From Eledone cirrhosa (Eukaryota), in NCBI GenBank assembly GCA_964016885.1, contig OZ024761.1, positions 16,802,001 to 16,866,000 of the forward strand: a stretch of DNA of 64,000 nt, written 5' to 3'. The translations under genes and the position numbers were made by a program. This document shows, in pieces, positions 13,840 through 30,329 of this stretch. How positions within the stretch are numbered: the first letter of the stretch is position 1; the number at the start of each line of letters is the position of its first letter. A model generated the notes under the pieces. The model had not been told where the DNA came from. It saw only the letters and a list, made by a program, of their open reading frames with translations, and did not search any database.

Positions 13840-14245
13840 ATCGCCGCCGCCACCACCACCACCACCACCACCACCATTCCTGCATCAAATGGAACAAAAC
13901 CGTCTAACCCATGCTAGCGTGGAAGATGGACGTTAAATGATGATGATGATGATGGTAAATGCCGTGTGTATCCTGGTTTTTAGAACAGATTCACCATATC
14001 CCTGTTTCTCGTAAGAAACAACCTAAAGGGCTGTTGTCAGGAAGGGCATCTAGCTGTAAACCATTGCTTCAAAAAGTCCTGTCCACTCCATCTGAGAATG
14101 GAAAAGTTGGCTTAGAAACAACGGCTATGATACACAAACACAATTATATAGTTGATATAGCCACCCTTGCAAGCAGGGGAAAAGCAGACGTAAAAAAAAA
14201 AATGAAATGAAATGATGAAATGATATAGAATAATCACTAAAATAG

Positions 14246-14422
<177 letters not shown>

Positions 14423-14906
14423 TAAGATTTCCACCTAATATTTGTTATATTTTATGTTATATATCTTTATATATTCATCTTTCATTTCCTTATAAATAAT
14501 CAAATCAATCCTTTTGTTACCATATTTCTAATAAAGATACACTGCCTAAAACTTTCAAATAACTTCTGAATGAAAATATTCTAAAAAAATTTGAATGGAT
14601 TTAGTTATATAACTTTCTCAATTTTAAGCTGGGGTTTGGGACCGAACTTAATAATGGTTCTGACATGAAATTATCATAGAATTATCATAGAATGTTTTTA
14701 GATGAATACATAAACATTTTAATCTTTTCATTACCATATTTCTAATGTAAAACATTCGCAAGAAGTAGAATGATTCTTAGATAAATTTATCATGTTTTTT
14801 AGATAAATATACACATTTTAATTCTTTTAATATAATAGTTCTGATGAAAAACGCTGTCTCTAATTTTCAACTAATTTAGAGGGACATATATCTTTTTCAT
14901 TATTAA

Positions 14907-15108
14907 CCCATTAGCATTTAAACTGGCTGTATTCGGCCAGAATTCTCTCCTCTTTCTGTTCAAACAGGCCATAACTGCCTGCTCATACTTATGTTAAGGT
15001 ATTGTTCTCTAAATAATATCAAAATCTTGAAGATTTGATATTATGTGGGATAAAGACTTTACCGTGAAAATACAATAGTAAATATAGAGTAATGTAAATG
15101 TTGATGGG
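14907..15108 (-). mobile_element. piggyBac-like MITE family A
   Basis: TTAA-flanked, reverse orientation. Confidence 0.82.
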
Positions 15109-15154
15109 TTAAGTTGGTGTTTGGAACTTAGTTTCTTACATCCTGTATTGTTGA

Positions 15155-15586
<432 letters not shown>

Positions 15587-15589
15587 TAG

Positions 15590-15889
<300 letters not shown>

Positions 15890-16059
15890 TAAGTCCCTTA
15901 TCATTTTTACTTGTACTGTGAGTTGATTTAAAAAAAAAAATGATACTCTTATATCTTGATACTCTGCAATGGTTTAGCAGAAACTATTTAAAAACAGACT
16001 TGATTTGAAAGTTTATCTTTACTAGTGGACAGATCAAGTTTCAATATTAAAGATTTCAA

Positions 16060-16262
16060 GGGCGGTGGATTGGCAGTATCGGTAGAGTATTGGACAATAT
16101 GCTTTGTGGCATATTGTTAGGTCTGTTTACATTTTGATTTCATATCCCACTGAGGTTAGCTTTGCTTTTCATCTTTACGGGGTTGATAAAATAAAGTACC
16201 AGTAATGCATTAAGGTCGATTTAATTGACTTTCCCCTCCCCTCAAATTGTTGGTTAACCTGA
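16060..16262 (+). mobile_element. tRNA-derived SINE family A
   Basis: GGGCGGTGGATTGGCAGTATCGGTAGAG head and GATAAAATAAAGTACCAGTAATG body; multiple copies in window. Confidence 0.8.
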
Positions 16263-16269
16263 AATTTAA

Positions 16270-16473
<204 letters not shown>

Positions 16474-16516
16474 TAAGTGAAAACAGCTTGATGTCATTGA
16501 TATTATTATAATTATT

Positions 16517-16995
<479 letters not shown>

Positions 16996-17047
16996 TAGTG
17001 TGCATGCTTTTGGTGGCCGGTTTTGGCCATTTTGAATGCTAAAGGGT

Positions 17048-17358
17048 TAATTAGATATTACATATGTTTCACTGTCGATCAGCTTGAGGAATGATCGATT
17101 ATTGATCGATCCTGACTCTGGAATTGGGAGCTCTTCTGATACATTTTAATATGTAGACTTGTGTTTAAGAGTGGTTGGATATTTATCCCAAATGTGTGGC
17201 GGCATAAAATAATGAATTGCGATAAATATCCAACCTCTTTTAGACGTGAGTCTACATATTAACACATATCTGAGGAGCTTCTGATTCCAGAGTCGGGTTT
17301 GATTACTAATTGATTATTCCTCAAGCTGATTGACAGTGAAACTTGTAATATGTAATTA
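17048..17358. repeat. Long imperfect inverted repeat (core arms 17066-17187 and 17221-17342)
   Basis: 122-nt ungapped arms with 22 differences by manual alignment. Confidence 0.92.
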
Positions 17359-17996
17359 AATATGTATATGATATAACACTCATTCTTGGTTCCCTATATA
17401 TTCGAGGTTAACTTTGCCTTTTATCCTTACAGGGTCGATAAAATAAAGTACCAGTAATGTACTGGCTATTTGCTGGCCTTGTACCAATAGTAGAAACAAT
17501 TATTATTATTGATACTCTGCTCCCCACAAACATCGGGTGCCTACAGATGCAATTAATTTGCACCTTTAACTCACTCACTCACTCTCTCTCTCTATATATA
17601 TATATATATATCTCTCTATCTCTCTCTCTCTCTCTCTATCTATAGTATACAATGATTGTTGTGTATAATTATTGTATTGATAAGATACAATAGTCATTGT
17701 GTGTGTGTTTTATATATATTTATATATATATTGTATTCATAGCATACAATAGTGAGGTTGCATGTCAAATATTTCTTGTGTTTTAGTTGTTACAGCTCAT
17801 ATCTATGTTGGTTTAGCTGCCCTACTACAAGGAATTATCTTAAAGAAGGTTTCTGGGGTCAGTTTTACTGAAAGGGGCCTTCCAGTCCTATCATATTTAA
17901 ATATGTTTTAGAATAGAAAATAGCTGTTGTTTGTCGTGATTCTTACCTAAATCTTATTTTTACTCTTTTTTTTTTTTTTTTTTCTTCCAATTCTAG

Positions 17997-18158
<162 letters not shown>

Positions 18159-18746
18159 TAATAAAGGATTATTTCATAATAAGGGGTTTAACTTTTAACA
18201 TCCTGTACCACATAAATCCACATTAGTAACATATTCTTGAAAAGTACAAAACAGAATTATGAATGCATCATATTAAAATTCAGTCTTTACTATAATATTG
18301 CAATTTCTTTTGCAATAATATGTCCACTAGGAAAGATACTATAAACATTTCAATTAACAAACATGGAACCACATTAGCAAGACATTCTTGAAAAGTACAA
18401 AGCAGCACTATGACTGCCTCCTATTTACTCTTAATATCCTGTACCACATAAAATCACATTAGCGGGATATTCTTGAAACAAAACTATATTCTGTTAGTCA
18501 CAATACTATAAACATGTAAATTAATAAACTACATGAAACCACATTAGCAAGATTTTTTGAAACATTCAAAACAGCAGTAAGATGGAAGTGTTTTGAATAT
18601 AATTAAGCATTTTAAAACAAGCAGTTTTGTATTGTAAAATGGTAGTTGCAAGTGTTTTGGTATTAAAGGGGTTAAAAAGAAAAAAAAAAAGGATTTAAAA
18701 AAAAAAATATTAAATTATATTTCTAATGCTGTGAAAACTCTTTTAG

Positions 18747-18896
<150 letters not shown>

Positions 18897-18902
18897 TAGA
18901 AT

Positions 18903-19247
18903 TCATCATTTCATCATTTCATTTTTACGTCCGCTTTTTCCCTGCTTGCAAGGGTGGGACGGGAACTGATTCTGGCTTGATTTCTACAGCTGGATGCCCT
19001 TCCTAACACCAACCTCATTTACAGTGAGTGCTGGGTGCTTTTTTTGCCGTGGCACCTCCACGACCACTTTGCAGTGGAATGATATGGACCCCAGTCCCTA
19101 TCATCTCATTTCTACAGCTGAGTAAACTGGAGCAATGTGAAATAAAGTGTCTTGCTCAAGGAAACAACACATCACCCGGTCTGAGAATTGAACTCGCAAC
19201 CTTTCGATTGCAAGGCCAATGCTCTAACCACTAAGCCATGTGCCTCC
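18903..19247 (-). mobile_element. tRNA-derived SINE family B with RTE 3' tail, full length
   Basis: Near-identical to 36929-37266 and 60699-61033. Confidence 0.9.
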
Positions 19248-19276
19248 ATAATTATATATGTATATATATTTGTAAA

Positions 19277-19319
<43 letters not shown>

Positions 19320-19320
<1 letters not shown>

Positions 19321-19657
19321 AGACCTCTGTTGGTCATGAAAGACCATGGGATTTGATCCTAGAGTGTTCTCTTTCTAGGCACAAACAAGTCTGGGCAAGG
19401 TTGTTTGTGGAAGACCTGCAGTCACCCATGCATACCAGTCTTCCCTCTCCATGTCACCCTTGTTGTCCAAGGCGAAGGTCATGGCTGATATCATTTCGCA
19501 ACAGTGACGCCGCAATTTATTTTTACTGAACTGGTGGAGCATTATGAAATAAAGTTTTTTTGCTCAAAGACACAGGGCATCTCCCAGTCTGGGAATTGAG
19601 CTTACAACCTTACATCTGCAAGCCTAACACTCTAACCACTAAGCCATGCAACTTCAC
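19320..19657 (-). mobile_element. tRNA-derived SINE family C, decayed
   Basis: tRNA-like head shared with family B, different 3' part; related fragment at 36833-36925. Confidence 0.65.
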
Positions 19658-19697
19658 TGTGTGTGTGTGTGTGTTGAGGGATGCCTTGGAGTGGGAA

Positions 19698-20044
19698 GAC
19701 CCGATCTTGCCCAATTGCACCTTTCAAATGTGATGACACAGGACTGAGACCTCTGGCATTACGCAGTAATGCAGTAGACCCGACTTTCCAAGCAAATAGA
19801 CTGTATGCTGCTACCCCCCTCCTCACTGTAAAGTAAGTGGTTATGTAGGCACCATGATAAAAGCACCCAGTACTCACTGTAAATTAGGTTGTGGTTAAGA
19901 AGGGCATCCAACTGTAGAAGTGAAGCCAAAATCAGTTCTGTATGAGGAAGACATGATACCTGACCTGGCATTGCCCACAACAGGACAACCCAGCTAACCA
20001 ATGGTAGCGTGGAAAAATGGACGTAAAATGATGATGATGATGAT
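19698..20044 (+). mobile_element. 3' end of RTE LINE family 1
   Basis: Colinear with 2990-3392, ends in (GAT)n. Confidence 0.82.
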
Positions 20045-20146
20045 ATATATATATATATATACACACACCCACACATACATACATACATACATACATATAT
20101 ATCCTTGGCTTGTCTGGGAGATCAGTAGCCATCGCTTCAGTACTGA

Positions 20147-20413
<267 letters not shown>

Positions 20414-21621
20414 TAGCCACTTTATCACTATCTTCCTCTCTCTACGTCTATCACTATCTTTCTCTTTTTACCTCTATCACTATCTTTCTCTTTTTACCTC
20501 TATCACTATCTTTCTCTTTTACCTCTATCACTATTTCTCTCTCTCTTTCTACCTCTACCTCTTTTTCTCTATCACTGTCCTCTCTACCACTATCACTCTG
20601 TTGTTTAACCTATCTTTCCATAGTTTTAATGAAAGACCCTTTAAAATTTTCAAATAATTTTGAAAAAAGTCAAGGATTTGAAGTGATTTAGTCATATAAT
20701 TGATTGATCTTCTCATTATTATTAAGTTGGTGTTTGGTACATAAATGTTTTTACATGAAATTACGATGTATAGCTACAGATATAACTTTACTTAGCAGTT
20801 TCAGCTATAAATATATCTTAGCAGTCTCCAGATACAGATATAACTTTACTTAGCAGTCTCCAGCTATAGATATATCTTTACCTAACAGGCTACAGCTACA
20901 GATGTATCTTTACCTAACAGGCTACAGCTACAGATATACCTTTACCTAGCAGGCTACAGCTAGAGATATGTATCTTGACTTCTATGTTACACCTTTGATA
21001 CCAGACCCCTGGAAACTACTCTGTATTTATGATATAAACCTACTCATTTAAAAATATTTATCATTCCTCATATTAGAACTTACTTCATAATTTCATTTTA
21101 GAAATTTTTGTTCAGTAATTTTCTAAATCTAAACATCAGCTTACTCATGAAAAACTTAATTTTAATAAATTCCTCCAAACATTTCATTATATTCATAATG
21201 AATTTAAACACTGGATTTCATTAGAAATAGGTAAATGAAAGGGTTAATTGGTGGGCTTACAACCACAAATATATCTTCACTTGTATGTTGATTGGCAGGC
21301 TACAACTTTAAATATGTATCTTCACTTGGCAGGCTACAACTATATATACACATACATATATATATGGTGGTCATGTTGGTGACACAACAGAAAGCACTTA
21401 GTCTACACAGTAAAGTGGTTGTGTTGGCGTCATGTCAAAAAGCACCCAATCCACACTGTAAAGTGGTCGCGTTGGTAACGCGACAGAAAGCCCCCCAGCC
21501 CACACTGTAAAGTGGTCGTTTCAGTGCCATGATAAAAAGCACCCAGTCCACAATACAACACGGTTGGTGTTAATAAAGGCATCTAGCTGTAGAAACCAAA
21601 CCAAAATACAGATCCGTATGA

Positions 21622-21987
<366 letters not shown>

Positions 21988-22029
21988 TGAAACTAACCAA
22001 AAAGAAAAATAAATAAATAAAAAAAATAC

Positions 22030-22051
22030 ATGTATGTATGTGTGTGTGTGT

Positions 22052-22118
<67 letters not shown>

Positions 22119-22227
22119 GTTGATGTATGCATATATGTGTGTTTTTATATATGTGTATGTATATATATATATACACACATTCATATAGACATATATATAT
22201 ACACACTCATATAGACATATAAGCATC

Positions 22228-22270
<43 letters not shown>

Positions 22271-22442
22271 ATATATATAAACATATATATATACATACAT
22301 ATATATCAAAACATATTTATATATATATTATACACATATATAAAGACACATATATACACACATATATATATATATATAAACATATATATTGTCTAACCCA
22401 TGCTAACATGGAAGAACGGACGTAAAACGGTGATGATGATGA

Positions 22443-22491
<49 letters not shown>

Positions 22492-22563
22492 TTATATATA
22501 TATATATATATGCATATTATATATATATATATATATGCATATATTATATATGTATACATATGC

Positions 22564-22594
<31 letters not shown>

Positions 22595-22694
22595 GCATAT
22601 ATTATATATATATATATATATACGCATATATATATATTATATGCATATATATATATATATAATATATATATAATATATATATTATATATATATA

Positions 22695-22748
<54 letters not shown>

Positions 22749-22758
22749 ATATATACGC

Positions 22759-22795
<37 letters not shown>

Positions 22796-22809
22796 ATATA
22801 TATATACGC

Positions 22810-22847
<38 letters not shown>

Positions 22848-22973
22848 ATATATATTTATATATTATATATATATATATATATATATTATTTATATATATA
22901 TAATATATATATATATATATTATTTATATATATATTATATATATATTTATATATATATATTATATATATACGC

Positions 22974-23004
<31 letters not shown>

Positions 23005-23043
23005 ATATATATACGCATATATATATATTATATATATATACGC

Positions 23044-23078
<35 letters not shown>

Positions 23079-23095
23079 ATATATATATACACACA

Positions 23096-23142
<47 letters not shown>

Positions 23143-23197
23143 GCATATATATATATATATATATATACACGCATATATATATATATATATATATATA

Positions 23198-23243
<46 letters not shown>
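22030..23243. repeat. TA-rich microsatellite field containing an RTE tail at 22390-22447
   Basis: Visible. Confidence 0.95.
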
Positions 23244-24179
23244 TGCCTATTTATATATCCAGAAATTATGTATTCATGTGTTGTATATGTATATTTTTTT
23301 TATTTTATTATTGAAAACTTGTAGTGCATGGCTACCCTTTACCAGCTGCTGTGATGCTATGTTGTTGTTTACTTTGATACTAGATTATAGGACAACTATG
23401 CAAGCAACCTTGCTCAAACTATTCTTAATATTTTCTTAAAAACTAAAACTACAACACGCTTGTATCACTAAGACCTTCATGAATGATTTCACATACAAAT
23501 CTGTGATTCGGATTGTTTCTGGTCCCTCTATACCTAGTTAGATGTCACAAGTATTTCTCTAGTGAAACTAAGGAACAAGTTTATGTCTAGAAGTATATAT
23601 GTACCCAATCATTTTCTTCTCTTATTTCTTTTCCTCTTTCCTTTTCTCTCTCTCTCTATATATCTCTGTCTTCTCTCTTTCTTTCTTTCTCTATCTCTCT
23701 CTCATTTTTTCCCTCCATAACAATCGTAATTCACCAAACACCTTGTCACTTTGTTTCAGACTCTGACTGGTCATGCTGTGAGTATTAACAACTTCACTAT
23801 TTTTTTTACGAAATTAAATCAAACCAGGCATGCCGTTTGATGCCTTCTTGTAAAGAATCTTCTTCTACTACTTCTACTTCTTCAGATTAGACTCTTCTTT
23901 CTTGACTAGAATCTTAGCACTTTTGTTTCCATGTTAGCGTCTCTTGCTTTATTGCCGCCACCACTAGCCTGTTGTAGATCTGAATGGTTTTTAACGTTGA
24001 ATCTGCTGCAAGTTTTTCACTGTTGGTACATTTATGATCTCAATGCAATGCCAATGTTGAGCATATTTTCCAATAATGCTACTGGCTGAAGTTTTACTAG
24101 AACTTTTAGAACCTAACAGAATGGAAGACTGTATATTCACTCTGTGGCTTCACTACTTTTCATATTAGTTTTTCTGTGA

Positions 24180-24196
24180 TATTTCATATATATATT

Positions 24197-24254
<58 letters not shown>

Positions 24255-24261
24255 TATGTAT

Positions 24262-24292
<31 letters not shown>

Positions 24293-24722
24293 TGTATGTA
24301 TGTATATGTATATATGTATGTATATATGTATGTATATGTATATATGTATGTATATGTATATATGTATGTATACGTATATATGTATGTATATGTATATATG
24401 TATGTATATGTATATATGTATGTATATGTATATATGTATGTATATATGTATGTATATGTATATATATGCATGTATATGTATATATATATATGTATGTATA
24501 TGTATATATATATGTATGTATATGTATATATATATGTATGTATATATATATATGTATGTATATGTATGTATATGTATATATATATATGTATGTATATGTA
24601 TATATGTATGTATATGTATATATATATATGTATGTATATGTATATATATGTATGTATGTATATATATATATATGTATGTATATATGTATGTATGTATATG
24701 TATATATGTATGTATGTATATG

Positions 24723-24756
<34 letters not shown>

Positions 24757-24765
24757 TTGTATACA
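24180..24765. repeat. TA/TATG microsatellite field
   Basis: Visible. Confidence 0.95.
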
Positions 24766-24983
24766 TGATAATAATAATGTTTGTCAGTTTCTGATAGACA
24801 GCTTCTGCCGATTAATGAATCTTCCATGTTTGATTAGTTTGGTTGAAGCATGACCGATGTTTTCTGTAGTATTACATATTCATTTATTGGTTGGTCCCCA
24901 ATCTCTATCTTCATTCCATTGTATGTTCAGGATGGATGAGATGGTCCAGTTAAAGAAATCCTTCAAAGTGTGGAAGAAATGTT

Positions 24984-25016
<33 letters not shown>

Positions 25017-25577
25017 GTGTTCTTTTTTTTTTTCTTTGTTGGTTTGTATTTAAGCATTTCTGCCCCTCGCCATTCCATCAGTTTCATGTTGTGGGTTCCT
25101 AATTTGGAAGTGATAATTCTTGTTATTATTATTCTTATTATTTATTTATTTATTTAAAGTGTAGAATATTAAGGTTTGCTGGTGCTAGTTTTATTTCAAT
25201 GTTTGATCTTGTTGGAAGTTTCAACTATCAAAGCAGGCATGTGTTGTCATTGGAGTTGAGAGAGGCTAGCTAGATCTTAAATCTATCATTGTTGTTGAAA
25301 TTAGTGAAAGATCTTGGTATGGTATGGTTAGCTGTTGTTGTTGGTATTGATGTTGTTGATGATGATTTTGAGCACTGTCCTATTCACTGATCCCTGGATG
25401 AATGCTTCAGAACATTTGAGCCACCCTTCAGTCATGTTGTTTGCAATACAGTAGTTGTATGTGAAATCATTGATGGCACATTTAATGTATACTGCATTCC
25501 AACAGGAGTTGAAGGCAATACACTAAGTTCAAACCTGATTGAAGCAACTAAAAATTTAATATATTACAATTTCTTAA

Positions 25578-25778
25578 CCCTTTAGCATTTAAACCAGCCG
25601 TATCTGGCCAGAATTCTCTCACCTCTTTCTGTTCAAACTGGCCGTAACTGGCCACTCATACAGATGTTAAGGTATTGTTATCAAAATAAATATCAAAATC
25701 TCAATAGATTCATAATTATGTGAGTTAAAGCCTTTACCGCAAAAATCCAATAGTAAATATAATGGAAATGCTAAAGGG
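25578..25778 (-). mobile_element. piggyBac-like MITE family A
   Basis: TTAACCCTTTAGCATTT...AAATGCTAAAGGGTTAA. Confidence 0.88.
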
Positions 25779-26257
25779 TTAAATAATTTATCAACAGAAA
25801 AAATTTCTTCATTGATATAGTTAATGCAGCTGAGAACAAAGAATCTAATTTGGAAAATTGTCTTCACTTTTTTAAATACTAAAAACAAACTTCTAAACCT
25901 CAACAAATTGAAAATGTGGAAGATGTTATATCCCTTAAAAAGTGTTTTATATAAATTGTAGTTGATGACTTCATCCTTTCACCAGAATTTTGATTAACAA
26001 TAATCTCGTATCGTGTGAAATAAATTGACACGAGATATGTAGATTAGTCTTTTAAAATTAACACCAGATGTGTAGATTACAGTAGTCTTGTAAAATTAAC
26101 ACCAGATTTATAGTTAACAATATTCTGGTAAAATTAACACAAGGTGTCAAGTTTACAATAATCTGGTAAAATTAACACCGGATTTGTAGTTTGCAGAAGA
26201 TCCCGTTAAGGGTGAAAGCAGCGATTCTTTGCTTAAACTTTAATCTGTTATTTTAAT

Positions 26258-27560
26258 AAATATATATATATATAATATATATATTTATGTATATGTATAT
26301 TTATATATATGTATATTTATATATATATATATATATAATATATATTTATGTATATTTATATATATGTATATTTATATAATATATATATGTATATTTATAT
26401 ATATATAATATATATATGTATATTTATGTATATATATATAATATATATATATATATATGTATATATATGTATATATATATATAATATATATTTATATATA
26501 ATATATATTTATAAATATATATATTATAATATATATATATTTATATATATTTTTATATATATTTATATATATATATATAATAAATATAGTTATATATATA
26601 ATATATATATTTATATATATATATATATATAATATATATATTTATATATATTTATATGTATATTTATATATATATATATATAATATATATGTATATTTAT
26701 ATATATATATATAATATATATGTATATTTATATATATATAATATATATGTATATTTATATATATATATATATAATATATATGTATATTTATATATATATA
26801 TATATAATATATATAATATATATGTATATTTATATATATATATATGTAATATATATGTATATTTATATATATATATATATAATATATATAATATATATGT
26901 ATATTTATATATATATATATGTAATATATATATTTATATATATATATGTAATATATATATTTATATATATATATGTAATATATATATATTTATATATATG
27001 TATATTTATATATATAATTTATATATATATGTATATTTATATATATATGTATATATATGTATATATATGTATATTTATATATATATGTATATATATGTAT
27101 ATATATGTATATTTATATATATATATGTATATTTATATATATAATATATATGTTTATATATATGTATATTTATATATGTATATATATATATATATGTGTG
27201 TATATATATGTATATTTATGTATATATGTGTATATATATATATGTGTGTGTATATATACGTATATATATATATGTGTGTATATATACGTATATATATATA
27301 TGTGTGTATATATATGTATATTTATATATATATATATATATATGTGTGTATATATATGTATATTTATATATGTGTGTATATATATGTATATTTATATATA
27401 TATATATATATATACATGTGTATATATATATATATATGTATATATATATGTATATATATGTATATTTATATATATATATATATGTATATATATGTATATG
27501 TATATTTATATATATACATATATGTATATTTATATATATGTGTATATATATATATAACAT

Positions 27561-27592
<32 letters not shown>

Positions 27593-28188
27593 TTATATAT
27601 GTGTATATATATATATATATATATGTATATTTATATATCTGTGTGTATATATATATATATATATTATATTTATATATCTGTGTGTATATATATATATATA
27701 TATGTATATCTGTGTGTATATATATATATATATGTATATTTATGTATATATATGTATATTTATATATGTATATATAATATATATATGTATATATAATATA
27801 TATATGTATATATAATATACATATGTATATGTATATATATGTATATGTGTATATATGTATATGTGTATATATGTATATGTATATATATGTATATATATAT
27901 ATATGTATATATATTATATATATGTATATATATTATATATATGTATACGTATATATATGTATGTATGTATATATGTATATGTATATATATGTATGTATGT
28001 ATATATGTATATATATGTATATATATATGTGTATATATGTATGTATATATGTATATATATGTATATATATATATGTATATATATATGTGTATATGTATAT
28101 ATATATGTGTATATGTATATGTGTATATATATATGTATATGTGTATATATATATGTATATGTGTATATATATATGTATATGTGTATAT

Positions 28189-28222
<34 letters not shown>

Positions 28223-28368
28223 ATGTGTGTATATATATATATATGTATATATATGTGTATATATGTGTATATATATGTGTATATATGTGTATATATATGT
28301 ATATATATGTGTATATATGTGTATATATATATATATATGATATATATATATGTGTATATACATATATA
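26258..28368. repeat. 2.1-kb TA/TATG microsatellite field
   Basis: Visible. Confidence 0.95.
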
Positions 28369-28412
28369 TTAATTCAAAATATTAAAAAAATAGATATTCT
28401 TGTGATCAATTA

Positions 28413-28483
28413 TATTTTATTATACATATTTCAGATGTACCGAGTTAAGTTCAACCAATAGTACGTCCTCATCAGATAAAATA
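28413..28483 (-). ncRNA. Type I hammerhead ribozyme-like motif (Penelope/retrozyme type), possibly decayed
   Basis: Minus strand reads TATTTTAT-CTGATGA-GGACGTAC...GTACATCT-GAAA-TATGT-ATA-ATAAAATA: 8-bp stem I, 7 of 8 pairs in stem II, short quasi-palindromic stem III. Confidence 0.65.
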
Positions 28484-28796
28484 AAATGATACACGACATA
28501 CCCTGACATAGTAGATGTTGAACTTAAAACTCAGTATCTCTGAAATATGTATAATAAAATATAATTGATCACAAGAATATCTATTTTGTTAATATTTTGA
28601 ATTAATATTAAATCTCTGGAAAATAATACTTGTTGAGTGCTTCCAATCTATTGTAAAACTCATTCTTTGATGTATTCATTGATCTTGTTTAATTCTTAAA
28701 TATAATATATATAATATATAATATATAATATATATATATATATATATATCTATATATATATGTACATTTATACACACACACACATATATATATATA

Positions 28797-28844
<48 letters not shown>

Positions 28845-29037
28845 CACACACACATTTTTTTGATCAATACATAAAACATCAATCATTGTCTGGCAAATGC
28901 CCAGGCTAACAGGATTGCTAGAAATAGCTCACTATTAGAACCTTCTAAATTTATAGCTCTACTAAATTTGTATTAAAAAAAAAAAAAATTCTTTTAGGAG
29001 CAGTAATACAATTTTCTGCACTTACATGAGTTAAAAA

Positions 29038-29104
<67 letters not shown>

Positions 29105-29458
29105 AGAAAGAGAGAGACCAGAATTTTACCAGTTTTAAACTAGTAAGATTTAGCAGAGTACTCAATACTTGAATATTAGAGAGAGTCAGAGCTTGGCGGT
29201 TGAGCTTTTGCCATTTCGTCAACTACTCTGGGATTAATTCTCGAAACGGCCAAAGCTCCCCTGCTAGGCCTTGAGATTCTTTCTCATATATAAGTATGTA
29301 TGTATATTGTGTGTACAGATTAAAGTTTAAACAAAGAATCGCTGCTTTAATCCCCTTATGGTTTCTTCTGAAACTCAGTTTCAGAAGATCCCGTAAAAGG
29401 GTGAAAGTAGTGATTCTTTGCTTAAACTTTACTCTGTACATATAAATATTTGCTCTAC

Positions 29459-29500
<42 letters not shown>

Positions 29501-30329
29501 TATAATCCTTATCGAGCCCTCTTCGGATTTTAGTCTTCACATTTATTATTACTATATATATATATATAAAACTCTTCTAAACCCTGTGTGGAAACTGGGC
29601 GTTAAACATTGATGATATTATATGCTTACATACATACATATACTGTAATATTGCATTGGTGTTTATTCAGTTACAATTATAAGTTGCATAAGATTAGATC
29701 TAGAATAAAATAGAAGAAACAGTTCAAAATTTATGAGTAACTGCAAATTTTAATTATTCTATAGACTTAATTTAAATTATATTTATATATATATCTATCA
29801 AGTTTAATATAGAAATTGCTTCTGCAGGGCTAGAACTGTTACATAAAAAAAAAATCATTGCTTTCCTGCTGATTTCTCTTTTGAATGAAACAGTTATAGT
29901 ACTGTAGAAGTCATTTCTATATTAAACTTGATGTCTACACTTTACTGATGTATTGTGTACCTTACTGTGGTTACCCCGACTGATCCTGGGACTCATATAT
30001 ATATATATATGTGTTTTTATATATATATTTTTTTATTTTTATATATATATATATATACACACCATCTGAAATTTAAATCGTGAAAGTTGGCTGTGTAAAT
30101 ATTTGGTGGCACCTTAACAAAAGATTTTTCAACTTGAATTAATAACATTCCCTGTCAGCCATCTATAAATTATATTTTCAGCTTTTCAGCTTCCATTTAG
30201 TTAAAGCAGTTTTAATGTTTATTTTCAAGGAAAAACAAAACCAATTTACTGTTGAAATTGTTAAAATATTGTAGCTTTTATTTGTTTTAATATGAACTTG
30301 TTCATTCTTCAGTTGGAAGCAAAGTTTTT

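Noticed and set aside
26190-26240. Hammerhead ribozyme (CAGAAGA-stem-GAAA)
   Set aside because: The core reads CAGA rather than CUGA in all three copies, and stems I and III do not form.
22317-28461. Many long ORFs of IY, MY and CV repeats (also 52838-63021)
   Set aside because: They are translations of TA/TG microsatellites with no coding signal.
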